64,000 nt of DNA from Acidobacteriota bacterium (GTDB lineage Bacteria; Acidobacteriota; UBA890; WLXD01), in assembly GCA_965248695.1 (NCBI GenBank), contig CBDFKD010000002.1, positions 3,744,001 to 3,808,000 of the forward strand. Direction: 5' to 3'. This document shows positions 9,631 to 19,374 of the stretch, in pieces (position 1 is the first letter of the stretch; each line of letters starts with the position of its first letter). The notes beneath the pieces are model-generated. The model did not search any database and was not told where the DNA came from. It saw only the letters and a list, made by a program, of their open reading frames with translations. The position numbers and the translations under genes were made by a program.

Positions 9631-9693
9631 TCATTGCTCCTGTGACCGTTGCCCATCAGGCCGCCTGAGTCGCCATGGTACTCTTCGGCCGTT

Positions 9694-10767
9694 ATGGGGG
9701 TGGGCGAGCGAATCTCGGTTGCCGTCCTGCTCGGCGGCGAGAGCGCCGAACACGACGTGTCGGTTTGCAGCGGGCTGAACGTTCTGGATGCGCTCGATCC
9801 GGCGCGCTTCGACGGTCATCCCGTCTACATCGACCGGGACGGGAACTGGCACTTCGACCATCGCCCCGCCACCCCTGACCTTTCCCGCGCGCCCGGAGAG
9901 GAGCCGCCCGGCGCTCGCACGCGTTCGTCGCCTCAAGTGACACCGACTGGCGGCGCCTTCGAACGCCTGCGCGAGCCCGGTCTGGACGTCGTCTTCGTGG
10001 CCCTACACGGGCCCGGAGGCGAGGACGGCGCCATGCAAGGGATGCTCGACCTGGCGGGCGTTCCGTATACCGGTTCCGGCGTTCTGGCGTCGGCGCTGGC
10101 GATGGACAAGGCGCGTACGAAACGCTACCTGCGAGCCACCGGAGTCGCGGTGCCCGACGACACGGTGGCGCAATACGCCAGCGACGATCCTTCGGACCTG
10201 CGAGCAGCTGTCGATCGTATCGGGCTGCCATGCGTGGTGAAGCCGGTCGCCTCGGGCTCTTCGGTTGGCGTGCACATTGCCCGCGATCGCGCCGAGCTGG
10301 CAGCGGTGCTCGGCGCCGATTTCGGCGATGGCGAGATCGTACTTGTCGAGAGCTACCTGGAGGGCGTGGAGGTAACCTGCGGAGTGCTCGGAGGCGGGCG
10401 CGAGCCCACGCAGGCGCTTCCGCTCACCGAAATCAGACCTCTTGACGGGGAGTTTTTCGATTTCCGCGCCAAGTACACGACCGATGCGTGCCGTGAGATC
10501 ACTCCGGCTGAGGTCGATCACGAGACAGCGACTCGCGTCCAGGAGCTGGCGGTAGTGGCGCACCAGGCGCTCGGGTGCGAAGGCATGTCGCGCAGCGACT
10601 TCATCCTGTCGGCGCGTGGCCCGATGATGCTCGAGCTCAACACGATCCCGGGCCTGACCGAGACCAGTCTGTTGCCCCAGGGTGCGGCGGCTGCGGGAAT
10701 CCCGTTCGCGGCGCTGATCGAGAGGCTGATCCACTCGGCGCGCCGGCGCGCCGGGCGCATCCCTTAG
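9694..10767 (+). CDS. ddl: D-alanine--D-alanine ligase
   Basis: GGESAEHDVS, FVALHGPGGEDG, GSSVG, FFDFRAKY, LELNTIPG. Confidence 0.93.
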   Translation: MGVGERISVAVLLGGESAEHDVSVCSGLNVLDALDPARFDGHPVYIDRDGNWHFDHRPATPDLSRAPGEEPPGARTRSSPQVTPTGGAFERLREPGLDVVFVALHGPGGEDGAMQGMLDLAGVPYTGSGVLASALAMDKARTKRYLRATGVAVPDDTVAQYASDDPSDLRAAVDRIGLPCVVKPVASGSSVGVHIARDRAELAAVLGADFGDGEIVLVESYLEGVEVTCGVLGGGREPTQALPLTEIRPLDGEFFDFRAKYTTDACREITPAEVDHETATRVQELAVVAHQALGCEGMSRSDFILSARGPMMLELNTIPGLTETSLLPQGAAAAGIPFAALIERLIHSARRRAGRIP

Positions 10768-10798
10768 CCGCTGCGGGCCGGTGGGGACCGCCCAGCTG

Positions 10799-12307
10799 CT
10801 AACCGGACGATCTCAGACGTCGCCACACCGCCGGCTGTAGCAGCACCAGGACGGTCATGACCTCCAGGCGACCGATCCACATGTTCAGGAACAGCACCAC
10901 CTTGGTGGCGGTCGGGAAGGTGGCGTACGTGCTCATGGGGCCGACCATTCCGAATCCGGGCCCAATGTTGCCCAGTGTGGCGATCGACGCGGTGATGGCG
11001 GTGAGAATATCGGCGCCGAAAACCGTCACCAGCAGGACGCTGATGACAAAGACCAGTATGTAAAGCAGCAGAAACGTGACGATGGCCCGCAGCACCTTCG
11101 GCGGCACGACGCGCCGATTGAAGCGCACCGGATTCACCGCCCGCGGGTGCAGCACGCGCACCAACTCGGCGGCGGCGTACTTGAAGATCAACAGTACGCG
11201 CACAACCTTCGGGCCACCGGCAGCGGAGCCTGCCGAGCCGCCGATAAACATCAGGATCAGCAGGACCACGCGTGCCTGGTCGTTCCAAAGATTGAAATCA
11301 TCGGTGGCAAAGCCTGCCCCCGTAACGATCGTGAGCACCTGGAAAACCGCCTGTCGCAGCACGGTGAGCGGCGCCGCTTCGGTCAGAACGCCAAGGCTGG
11401 TACTGGCGCCGAGGTACTCGGGGCTGGGCTCGCGGCTGAACGGTAGCAGGACGTAGGTGAGCAGCAGCGTCGCTACGATCACCAGTACCGCGTAGGCGCG
11501 GAACTCCTCGTCACGGAACAGGTCGAGCGGTCGGCCGCGGATGGCACGGTACTGCAGGGAGTAGTTGGCGCCGGCCAGAAAAATGAAGAAGACGAACACC
11601 CATTCCGCTGCCGGATTGGCGTAGCCACCGATGCTCTGCGGATGGAGCGAGAACCCGCCCGCGGCAACGGTGGTCAACGAGCTGCAAACGGCGTCGAAAA
11701 CCGGCATCCCGACCGCCACAAGGGCGATTACCTGGACGACCGTCATGCCGACGTAGAGCGACCAGAGTGCAATGGCGGTGTGGCGGATGCGCGGCGTGAG
11801 CCGCTCCTCCTGCGGCCCCGGCGCTTCGGCGAAGAACATCTGGCGGCCGGCAATCGCCAGGCGTGGAAGAACGGCGATGAAGAGCGCGATGACGCCCATG
11901 CCGCCGAACCACTGGGTCATGCTGCGCCACAGAAACAGCCCTTCCTGGTAGCGCGAGAAGTCGGTGAGAATCGTAGCGCCTGTGGTCGTGAGACCCGACA
12001 TCGACTCGAACAGCGAGTCGATCAAGCTCAGCCCGTTCCACAGATACGGAATCGCGCTGAAAAACGAAACCACCAGCCAGGCCGACGCCACCACCATGAT
12101 GCCCTCGACACGGTGGAGCTCGGCGCCTTTCGGGTGCATGCGCCGGGCAAGCTCGCCGAAGACGGCCGCGCTGACGGCGGCGATGAGGAAGCCGATCGAT
12201 GCGTCCCAATTGCCGTAGGCCCAGTCGACCAGCATCGGCAACAGCAGAAAGATCCCGAAAGCCCGTAGAAGCAGACCGTCGACATGAGCGACGAGGCGGA
12301 GGCGCAT
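10799..12307 (-). CDS. trkH: Trk potassium uptake membrane protein
   Basis: FESMSGLTTTGAT, QWFGGMG, GGSAGSAAGG, LGNIGPGFG, MWIGRLE. Confidence 0.95.
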   Translation of the reverse strand: MRLRLVAHVDGLLLRAFGIFLLLPMLVDWAYGNWDASIGFLIAAVSAAVFGELARRMHPKGAELHRVEGIMVVASAWLVVSFFSAIPYLWNGLSLIDSLFESMSGLTTTGATILTDFSRYQEGLFLWRSMTQWFGGMGVIALFIAVLPRLAIAGRQMFFAEAPGPQEERLTPRIRHTAIALWSLYVGMTVVQVIALVAVGMPVFDAVCSSLTTVAAGGFSLHPQSIGGYANPAAEWVFVFFIFLAGANYSLQYRAIRGRPLDLFRDEEFRAYAVLVIVATLLLTYVLLPFSREPSPEYLGASTSLGVLTEAAPLTVLRQAVFQVLTIVTGAGFATDDFNLWNDQARVVLLILMFIGGSAGSAAGGPKVVRVLLIFKYAAAELVRVLHPRAVNPVRFNRRVVPPKVLRAIVTFLLLYILVFVISVLLVTVFGADILTAITASIATLGNIGPGFGMVGPMSTYATFPTATKVVLFLNMWIGRLEVMTVLVLLQPAVWRRLRSSG

Positions 12308-12312
12308 CGCGG

Positions 12313-13647
12313 TCAGAAGAGCTTGCGGAGCTTGTCGTGGGCTGTCTCGGTCGAGAACACCAGCAACCGATCGCCCGGTTCGATCATGTCGTCGCCATGG
12401 GGAACCGTCGTGCGGTCAGCACGAGTCACCGCCACGATAATCGAGCCCTCGATGCGGGGTAGGTTCCGCACGCGAGTGCGCTCGAAGTGCTCCGACACAT
12501 TCATCTCGATCACCGCTGCCTGTCCGCCTTCGATGCTGGCAAGCAGCTGAACTCCCGTCTCCTGCAGAGAGTTCAACACCACGTTGATCGCCGTGACCAT
12601 CGGGTTGAGCGGCACGTCGATTCCGACGCGCTCGAAAAGACGGATGTTCCGTTTGCGGTTCACGCGCGTGATGATCTTCGGCACGTCCATCTGGCGAGCG
12701 AGCAGCGAGCAGAGCAGATTGCTTTGATCGTTGCTGGTGACCGACACCAGGACATTCGAGCGGTCGACCTGCTCCGCTTCCAGCAACGCCAGGTCGGTGC
12801 CGTCGCCGTGCAGCACCAGGGCCCGAGGGAGCTCGGCGGCGAGGTGCTCGCTGCGGTCTCGATCGCGTTCGATGATCTTCAAGCGGTATCCCTTCTCTCT
12901 CGTCAGTCGCTTGGCCAGGGTCAGACCGACCGTACCGCCGCCCACGATAACCACGTCGCGGTCACCATCGGTTCCTTCCGGCCCGCGGATGAAGTTCTCT
13001 CGCAGCTGGCGGAGGCCGCCGCGGTTTCCCATGAAGGCGACCCGGTCGCCGGACTCCAGCTCGGTCTTGCCCGATGGGATGGAGAGCTCATCACCCTTGC
13101 GGACCGCTACCGCCAGCACGCCGAGCGGCAGCTGGAGCCGTGGTAGCGGGCCGATCAACGCCGAATCCTCGCGTAGCTTGAACTCCATGAGCCAGATCCG
13201 GCCGCCGGCGAAGATCTCCACATCGATGGCTCGGGGCACGAGGACGATGCGGGTGATCTCCTCGGCAAGCATGTATTGCGGCCAGATGATGCGATCGATC
13301 GCCAGCGCATCATCGCCCTCGGGGATGCCGGCGAACGACCGTACGTAGTCCTCCTTGGACACGAAGCAGGTCGCGTGCGTGCAGCCGATACGTTTGGCTG
13401 TCAGGCAGGCAATGATGTTGAGCTCGTCCGATGCACGACAGGAGATGAAGCTGTCGCTGCCTGGCGTGCCGGCCTCACGCAGAACCTCCGGATGCGTCGC
13501 ATCGCCGCGAAGAAGCTGGACGTCGAGCGAGCTGAAACGATCCGCCTCCCGCGGGTCGTTCTCGATGATTACGACGTCGTGCTGCTGGTGGAGCGCCAAG
13601 GCCAGCTGATAAGCGATCTCACCGTCGCCGGTGATCACGATCCGCAT
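12313..13647 (-). CDS. trkA: Trk potassium uptake NAD-binding subunit
   Basis: Two RCK domains (MRIVITGDGEI; VVIVGGGTVG, GDGTD); adjacent to trkH. Confidence 0.95.
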   Translation of the reverse strand: MRIVITGDGEIAYQLALALHQQHDVVIIENDPREADRFSSLDVQLLRGDATHPEVLREAGTPGSDSFISCRASDELNIIACLTAKRIGCTHATCFVSKEDYVRSFAGIPEGDDALAIDRIIWPQYMLAEEITRIVLVPRAIDVEIFAGGRIWLMEFKLREDSALIGPLPRLQLPLGVLAVAVRKGDELSIPSGKTELESGDRVAFMGNRGGLRQLRENFIRGPEGTDGDRDVVIVGGGTVGLTLAKRLTREKGYRLKIIERDRDRSEHLAAELPRALVLHGDGTDLALLEAEQVDRSNVLVSVTSNDQSNLLCSLLARQMDVPKIITRVNRKRNIRLFERVGIDVPLNPMVTAINVVLNSLQETGVQLLASIEGGQAAVIEMNVSEHFERTRVRNLPRIEGSIIVAVTRADRTTVPHGDDMIEPGDRLLVFSTETAHDKLRKLF

Positions 13648-13818
13648 GAGGTTCCTTTATGCTGGAAGATCGCGGCTGGCAAAGAGGCCGAACCGGTCGA
13701 GCGGCCCCAATTGTGGCACCTGGGACGCGGCCGGGCGAACCTGCCGAGCGCCTCCGCCCTGACCCACCAACGATGCCCACCCGCGGGCGACGAACGCCGG
13801 CTACGAGCAGGAGACGGA

Positions 13819-14700
13819 ATGAACCGCATAGTTCCCGCGATGGTGGCGCTGCTGATGGTGATGATCGGCACGACCATGGGGGTCTGGGTAGCCCGCTCCC
13901 CGGATCCGGGGGCGCAATCAGACTCGGCGTACGGCTATGCCGCCGAGAGCCTCAACGCCGTGGCCTGGGTGCAGACCGCGGGTGAGTACGAAGCGAGCGC
14001 GCGTCAGGCGTACACCATCGCGTCGCTGATGCTCGAGCGGGCGTTGGCGGATCCGACTTGGACGGCCTCGCTGGAACAGGCTGCCAGCGGCGGTTATGAG
14101 TCCTTACCGCCGGCCGTGATCCTCGACGTCGACGAGACGGTGCTGGACAACTCTCCCAATCAGGTTCGCCAGGTGCTCGATGACCGTGATTTCGCCACCC
14201 CCGCATGGCAGGCATGGGTACGCGAGGAAAAGGCCGGGCTCGTGCCAGGCGCCCTGGAGTTCACGCGACAGGCGGCGGCTCGCGGGATCCGGGTGTTCTA
14301 CGTCACCAACCGGCGCCACGAGGTTGAGGAAGCAACGCACGGGAACCTCGCGCGCCATGGGTTTCCGCTCGAGGCGGGGTTCGACACGGTATACACGCGT
14401 GACGAGCGTGAGGACTGGGGCTCCGACAAGGGGACTCGGCGTGTGGCGGTGGGGCGCGAGCATCGCGTGCTGCTGCTGATCGGCGACGCGCTCGGAGACT
14501 TTGTGTCGGGCGGTGACGCTGCCGTCGCGGAGCGCCAGAGACTGGTGCGCGGGCACGCCGACTACTGGGGTAGCCGGTGGATCGTGTTGCCCAACCCGCA
14601 GTACGGCGCCTGGGACGGGGCATTGATCGGATTCGACTTTGCGCTGTCACGGGAAGAGAAACGCGCTCTGAAGCGCGCCGCGCTCGACCCGGCACGCTGA
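13819..14700 (+). CDS. Class C acid phosphatase / 5'-nucleotidase e(P4) family
   Basis: AGGAG RBS; signal-like N-terminus; DVDETVLDNS, YVTNR, LIGDALGDF, LPNPQYG.W. Confidence 0.92.
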   Translation: MNRIVPAMVALLMVMIGTTMGVWVARSPDPGAQSDSAYGYAAESLNAVAWVQTAGEYEASARQAYTIASLMLERALADPTWTASLEQAASGGYESLPPAVILDVDETVLDNSPNQVRQVLDDRDFATPAWQAWVREEKAGLVPGALEFTRQAAARGIRVFYVTNRRHEVEEATHGNLARHGFPLEAGFDTVYTRDEREDWGSDKGTRRVAVGREHRVLLLIGDALGDFVSGGDAAVAERQRLVRGHADYWGSRWIVLPNPQYGAWDGALIGFDFALSREEKRALKRAALDPAR

Positions 14701-14780
14701 CCGCCGAGCTGCCCGCGGCCAGGTGGCGGTGGTCACGCGCACTCCCGGCGGTACCGGGCATGCCAGCGGACCCGTGCTGG

Positions 14781-15329
14781 CTAGGAGGCGCGGAAAAGCG
14801 CCGCGATTTCGGCGTGCAGCTCGCGCGTCATGGCGGTGACCGCGTCATCGATCGCGCCTAGCTCGATCGCATTGGCCACATCACGGTAGTAGCGCGCCTG
14901 AAGCTCCCGGGGCCGGGAGAATCGGTCCCAGAACGCGTTGCCGAGCAGCGCCTCGCCACGACTCATTGAGCGGACGTTGTCGAGCTTGTCGGCGCACGCC
15001 AGCAGCAGCATGTCCTGGCTCGCCGTGCCAAGCCGGTCGATCGTGCCGGACTTGCGCTCCTCCCAGGGGGCGGCGCGGTTTGGCTCTGTCACCGCGTCCA
15101 CCAGCATCCTCACATCGGTGCCGAAGAGGCGCTCGATCTGGTCGAGGGTGGTGTCGGTGTCCTCCACCGTGTCGTGTAGCACTCCGGCGATCGCCAGGGA
15201 GTCGGATGCCCCCGTTTCGATCAGGAGGGTCGATACCCGCAGCGGATGGACGATGTACGGCACGCGCGACCCCTTGCGGTATTGACCGGCGTGAGCCCGA
15301 GTTGCGAACTCGATGGCATCGAATAGCAA
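14781..15329 (-). CDS. HD-domain hydrolase, stand-alone RelA/SpoT hydrolase (Mesh1)-like
   Basis: FATRAHAGQYRK..PYIVHP, LHDTVEDT, ADKLDN. Confidence 0.88.
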   Translation of the reverse strand: MLFDAIEFATRAHAGQYRKGSRVPYIVHPLRVSTLLIETGASDSLAIAGVLHDTVEDTDTTLDQIERLFGTDVRMLVDAVTEPNRAAPWEERKSGTIDRLGTASQDMLLLACADKLDNVRSMSRGEALLGNAFWDRFSRPRELQARYYRDVANAIELGAIDDAVTAMTRELHAEIAALFRAS

Positions 15330-15337
15330 TTAAGCCA

Positions 15338-16729
15338 CTACTCTGGGCGCCGGTTGTTCTCTGCTCCCTCGGTGATCCAGGTGCGGATGCTGGCGATCTG
15401 TGCCGCTGACAGCGGACTGCGGTTTAGCGGCATGCGACCACCGCTGATTCCAGAAGTGCCCTCGATCTTGCGTACCAGGTAGCTGTTCTCGGGGTCACCG
15501 GATGCGACGCGATTGAGCGCCGGCTGCTGGCTGCTGGGCACGCCGACAATGTTGTTGATCGCTGATCCGGCGGCGAGCACGAGACCACCGGCGGCGCTGC
15601 CGGAGGAGTGGCAGCCGGCCAGGGCGCAGCTCTGGTCAAAGATCGGCTGCACCACCGCGGCGAAGCTCACGGCGTTGCCACCACCGCCGTCGCTGGCCGC
15701 CGTCAGCGCGCCGGCGCGCTCGCCGGTTTGGCCGTCGGCGCCCACCACCAGCACGTCCGCAGTCGTCCCGTCCGCGACCGTGTCGCTCGGTGTGATCAAG
15801 ACGTCGAGCTGCTTGGAGGATTTGAACTCGACGCTGTCGACCGAGAACGCACTGTCACTGACGTGGACGTTCGATCCGACGACGAAGTTCTTGCCGCGCA
15901 CGACGACCGTGTTCGACTGACCGACGGTGACGTCGCGCAGCGCGCTGCGTTGAACGCCGGTGACCTTGAGCGGCTTCCCCTTGCTGCCTGCCGGCTTGAG
16001 CTTCACTTTGCTGTTGGCTCCGTTGGCGATGATCTTGCCGCCCAGCTGGTTGTTGCCCTTCTGCAATGACAGGTCGAGCCCCAGGTCTCCAGAGCCCAGC
16101 TCGATCGTGCCGTTCAGGCCCGCCCGCCCGGCTCGCCGGTCGGCCGTGGCGACTACCTCGCCGGTCTCGCCATCGACTACAGCATGTCCCCCCACGGTTC
16201 CGTCGCCGTTGTCGGTCAGCTGCAGCAGCAGGAAGATCGACTTGCCACCCAGCTTCACCGTACCGGCCCAGAGCTTCTGCAACGGGACCTCCGGGCTCAC
16301 GGCGACGAACTCGGCCGAGCCCTTGACGGCGCCGGAAGCCTTACCTTTCAGCACCCCCGACTTCGAGCTCAGCTTGAACGTGGTCGTGCTGCGGCTCCGG
16401 CGCAGCGGCGTGGCGTCGTCTACACGGAACTGGATGCTCTTCGTAGTCGCCTTGGTGAAGTCCGCGGCCAGCACGTCGACCCCGCTCGGCGAGGAACCGA
16501 AGTCGTTCTGCATGACGACGAACCCGATCGGACTGTCGCCCACGTTGAGGTTCAACTGCACCAGGACGCGGTCCTTTCCGGCCTTGATGGTGCCGACCCA
16601 AGCGCCGTCGAAGGCGCTCTCGAAGAACGCCTCGTTCTGCGGAGAGCCGGAAACCGCGAGCGGCAGGGTGATCGTGATCGCTAGTGCCATCGCGGCGGCC
16701 GACGTCGGCCGAGGAATCCACATAGTCAT
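15338..16729 (-). CDS. Secreted multidomain protein with C-terminal cytochrome c-like domain (CX4CH)
   Basis: GGAG RBS, signal peptide; VSFAAVVQPIFDQSCALAGCH..GRMP..IRTWITEGA resembles the planctomycete cytochrome C domain. Confidence 0.75.
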   Translation of the reverse strand: MTMWIPRPTSAAAMALAITITLPLAVSGSPQNEAFFESAFDGAWVGTIKAGKDRVLVQLNLNVGDSPIGFVVMQNDFGSSPSGVDVLAADFTKATTKSIQFRVDDATPLRRSRSTTTFKLSSKSGVLKGKASGAVKGSAEFVAVSPEVPLQKLWAGTVKLGGKSIFLLLQLTDNGDGTVGGHAVVDGETGEVVATADRRAGRAGLNGTIELGSGDLGLDLSLQKGNNQLGGKIIANGANSKVKLKPAGSKGKPLKVTGVQRSALRDVTVGQSNTVVVRGKNFVVGSNVHVSDSAFSVDSVEFKSSKQLDVLITPSDTVADGTTADVLVVGADGQTGERAGALTAASDGGGGNAVSFAAVVQPIFDQSCALAGCHSSGSAAGGLVLAAGSAINNIVGVPSSQQPALNRVASGDPENSYLVRKIEGTSGISGGRMPLNRSPLSAAQIASIRTWITEGAENNRRPE

Positions 16730-16787
16730 TGGAGGGTACCTGCTGAGTTCGGCGCCGCGGTCTGCGGCGGGGAGAGTTCGATGCCGG

Positions 16788-17870
16788 CTAGAACGAGAAG
16801 GCTCTCACGAGGTTGAAGCCGAAGCGGACATTGCTCTTGATGCCGGTTCTGAACGAGCCCGCAGCCATGAAGTCGGGTGTGGTCAGGGTGCTGTTCGACA
16901 CCAGCAGCTGGAACAGGTGACGGCGGACATGGATGCTCACGCCGGCCTGCCACTGGTTCATCGAATCGAACTGTTCGAAGCCGCCGACGTTGGCGATGTA
17001 CTCGGCGTCGATGCTGTACGTGGTTGAGAGACGCAGGCTGCCCCCGAACCCGAGCGCGATCGCGTAGCCGTCGCTGCCGGGGAAATCTTGCTCGTCAGGG
17101 TCGGTGGTGTAGATGGGGACGAACTGGAACGCCAATCGATCTCCCGCCCGCACTCCTATCGGTAGCTCGACGGTCAATCGATTGTTGTTGGGGATGCCGT
17201 TGGCGTCGAGGAACGTACCGCCGATGTTGGCAGCGACCGAGATCGGCACCGACGTCTGGCTCTCGTCGAGCAGTCGGATCTTGACGCCGAATTCCCAAGT
17301 AGCGAGGTTCGCGGTGCGACCGACGTAGGGGGCGATGCGATCTGTCAGACCAAAGGAGAACCAGAAACCCGGAAACGCGAAGCTGTCGAGTCCGTAGAGT
17401 CCCTCGCGGCCGGCGTCCGAAAGCGACTCGGAGAAGCGATGCGTGAAGTGCAGCTCGACCGTCTTCCTGGCGGGAAGGGCGGGTGTGGGCAGGTTCAACA
17501 GATCGATGCCCCACCAGGTGCGTTTGTCAGCCAGCGTCGGCGGTTCGAGACCGTTCAGGTAGGCGAAGATGTCGGCCAGATCCTCGTCCGACAACTCCTC
17601 GACGCTGAAGGCCGGCATGCGGCGCGAGCTCGGCGACCGCACCTGTTGGCGGACTTCGGCGAGCGAGAGGCGTGTGCCGGCCAGGGCTGGGCCCATCATG
17701 CCTTGTGCATCGCTGCCGTGGCAGGCGGAGCACTCGACCGATTCGTACAGCTCGAAGCCGTGCTCGGCATCCTGTGCGACCGCCGGGTCGGCCAGGAGCA
17801 ACAGGGCGAGTAGCGGCGCGGCACGTAGAATCGACCGCAAGGAAAAGCGTAACGAACGAAGAACTGGCAT
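16788..17870 (-). CDS. Cytochrome c fused to DUF5777-type beta-barrel
   Basis: Signal peptide (AVA-Q), CSACH..GPAL..MPAF, then LLNLPT, FTHRF, HLFQLLVSN, RFGFNL.R, C-terminal Phe. Confidence 0.8.
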   Translation of the reverse strand: MPVLRSLRFSLRSILRAAPLLALLLLADPAVAQDAEHGFELYESVECSACHGSDAQGMMGPALAGTRLSLAEVRQQVRSPSSRRMPAFSVEELSDEDLADIFAYLNGLEPPTLADKRTWWGIDLLNLPTPALPARKTVELHFTHRFSESLSDAGREGLYGLDSFAFPGFWFSFGLTDRIAPYVGRTANLATWEFGVKIRLLDESQTSVPISVAANIGGTFLDANGIPNNNRLTVELPIGVRAGDRLAFQFVPIYTTDPDEQDFPGSDGYAIALGFGGSLRLSTTYSIDAEYIANVGGFEQFDSMNQWQAGVSIHVRRHLFQLLVSNSTLTTPDFMAAGSFRTGIKSNVRFGFNLVRAFSF

Positions 17871-17973
17871 CAGATTCACCGAACGAGTATGGGCTGGCAC
17901 GCAGGGTGCGTTCAGGGAGACTCAACCTGTATTGTGCAACGCGGCCATGGCAGGATGCACGGCGCTCAGGGCT

Positions 17974-18264
17974 CTAGTGGCCTGTAACAGATGAATCGAT
18001 AGCGCCGCAGATGGGATTTGCGGGCGAGATCAAGGCGCGGCGAGGATGGCGATGCCGCGGCGCATCGTCGACGAGTCGCAACGCCGAGTTCGCCCGCAAC
18101 TGCCTATCTGTCCGCAGGCCAACCAGAGCAACAGTGGCGAAATGGGGCCGCCTGCTCTGTTGCTCCTCCTCGGAGATGCACCAACATCGACTCGTCGGAG
18201 CGCCTTGCATCCGACCCCATTTCGCCACCACGGCACTATCGATTCATCTGTTACAGGCCACTAG
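17974..18264. mobile_element. MITE/REP-like element family A, copy 1 (291 bp)
   Basis: CTAG at both ends, 29-bp perfect terminal IR, two internal hairpins; near-identical copy at 58189. Confidence 0.85.
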
Positions 18265-18273
18265 GTGCAATGT

Positions 18274-19339
18274 CTATAGGGGCAGTCGCTGCTGGCCGGA
18301 CCGTCGGAACGCAGCTGTGGAGAGCGGTCGACGTTGTGTGCTCAGTCCGAGGCGCCGACACGAGGCCGTAAAGAGCGCGGCGATCTGCTCTGCATAGGCG
18401 CCCTCGCCCTGCATGCGGCTGCCGAACCGCGGATCGTTTCGTCGACCGTTCCGGAGCGAGCGAACGCGCGCCATCACCTTGCGTCGGGTCGCCGCCGACC
18501 GTGATCGCAGCCAGGCGTCAAAGATGTTGGCTACGGCTCCTGGTAGTCGCAGTGGCGTATAGCCTGCCCGCGTTGCCCCGGCGGTGGCGGCGGCCTCGAG
18601 GATCGCAGGCATCTCGTGATCGGTGAGCGCCGGGGACAACCGGCGCCACCATGACCCCGCAGGGAACCCCCGCGTCGGCAATGCGCTGCAGCGCCCGGAT
18701 CCGACGCGCGGGTCGTGACGTGCGTGGCTCCATCGCGCCGCACAGCTCATCGTCCAGAGTGGTGACCGACACGTACACCACTGCAGCTCGATGCGCTGCA
18801 AGTCGCCGCAGGAGATCCAGGTCGCGTGTCACCAGCTCGTTCTTGGTGATCATCGCTACCGGATTACGGAACTCCACCAGTACTTCGAGGCAGCGTCGAG
18901 TGAGCTCGAGTCGGCGTTCGATTGGTTGGTAGGGATCGGTGACGCCGCTGAGGCTGAGCACCTGCGGGGTCCAGCGCTTGGATCCGAGCTCCCGGCGCAG
19001 CAAATCGGGAGCTGCGGTCTTCACCAGGATGCGCGTCTCGAAGTCGAGTCCGGCTGAGAAGCCGAGGTACTCGTGTGTCGGCCGGGCGTAGCAGTACACA
19101 CAGCCGTGCTCACAGCCGCGGTAGGGGTTCAGCGAGGCGTCGAACGGCACGTCGGGGCTGATGTTGCGGGCCACCACGCTGCGCGCCGTGTCGTGCAGAT
19201 AGGTGGTAGCCACGCTTTCCGGCGGCCCCTCCAGAGGCTGCAACCGCAGGCGTTCGAACCGGTTCGCCGGATTGTGCGGTACCCCTCTCCCACGCGGAAC
19301 CGTCGCGGGTGCGACGCTGTCGATGCGTTTTCGCGCCAT
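18274..19339 (-). pseudogene. PA0069/Rv2578c-family radical SAM protein with a frameshift near 18632
   Basis: NPYRGCEHGCVYCYAR, TDPYQPIE; VAPVVP continues in another frame as ALTDHEMPAIL..DPRFGSRM.GEG. Confidence 0.88.
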
Positions 19340-19374
19340 ACTTGATCTCCAGGGTGAGGTAGCATACTAGACAA

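Noticed and set aside
9694-10767. Van-type resistance ligase
   Set aside because: No vanH/vanX/vanRS neighbours; the sequence fits an ordinary Ddl.
17895-17909. TGGCACGCAGGGTGC with correct sigma-54 spacing on the + strand
   Set aside because: It points away from the adjacent gene toward a repeat and lacks TTGC; cannot be told from chance.
17974-18397. Several ORFs over family A copies (also 58120-58760)
   Set aside because: They are the same repeat translated in different frames, with no protein-like composition or RBS.
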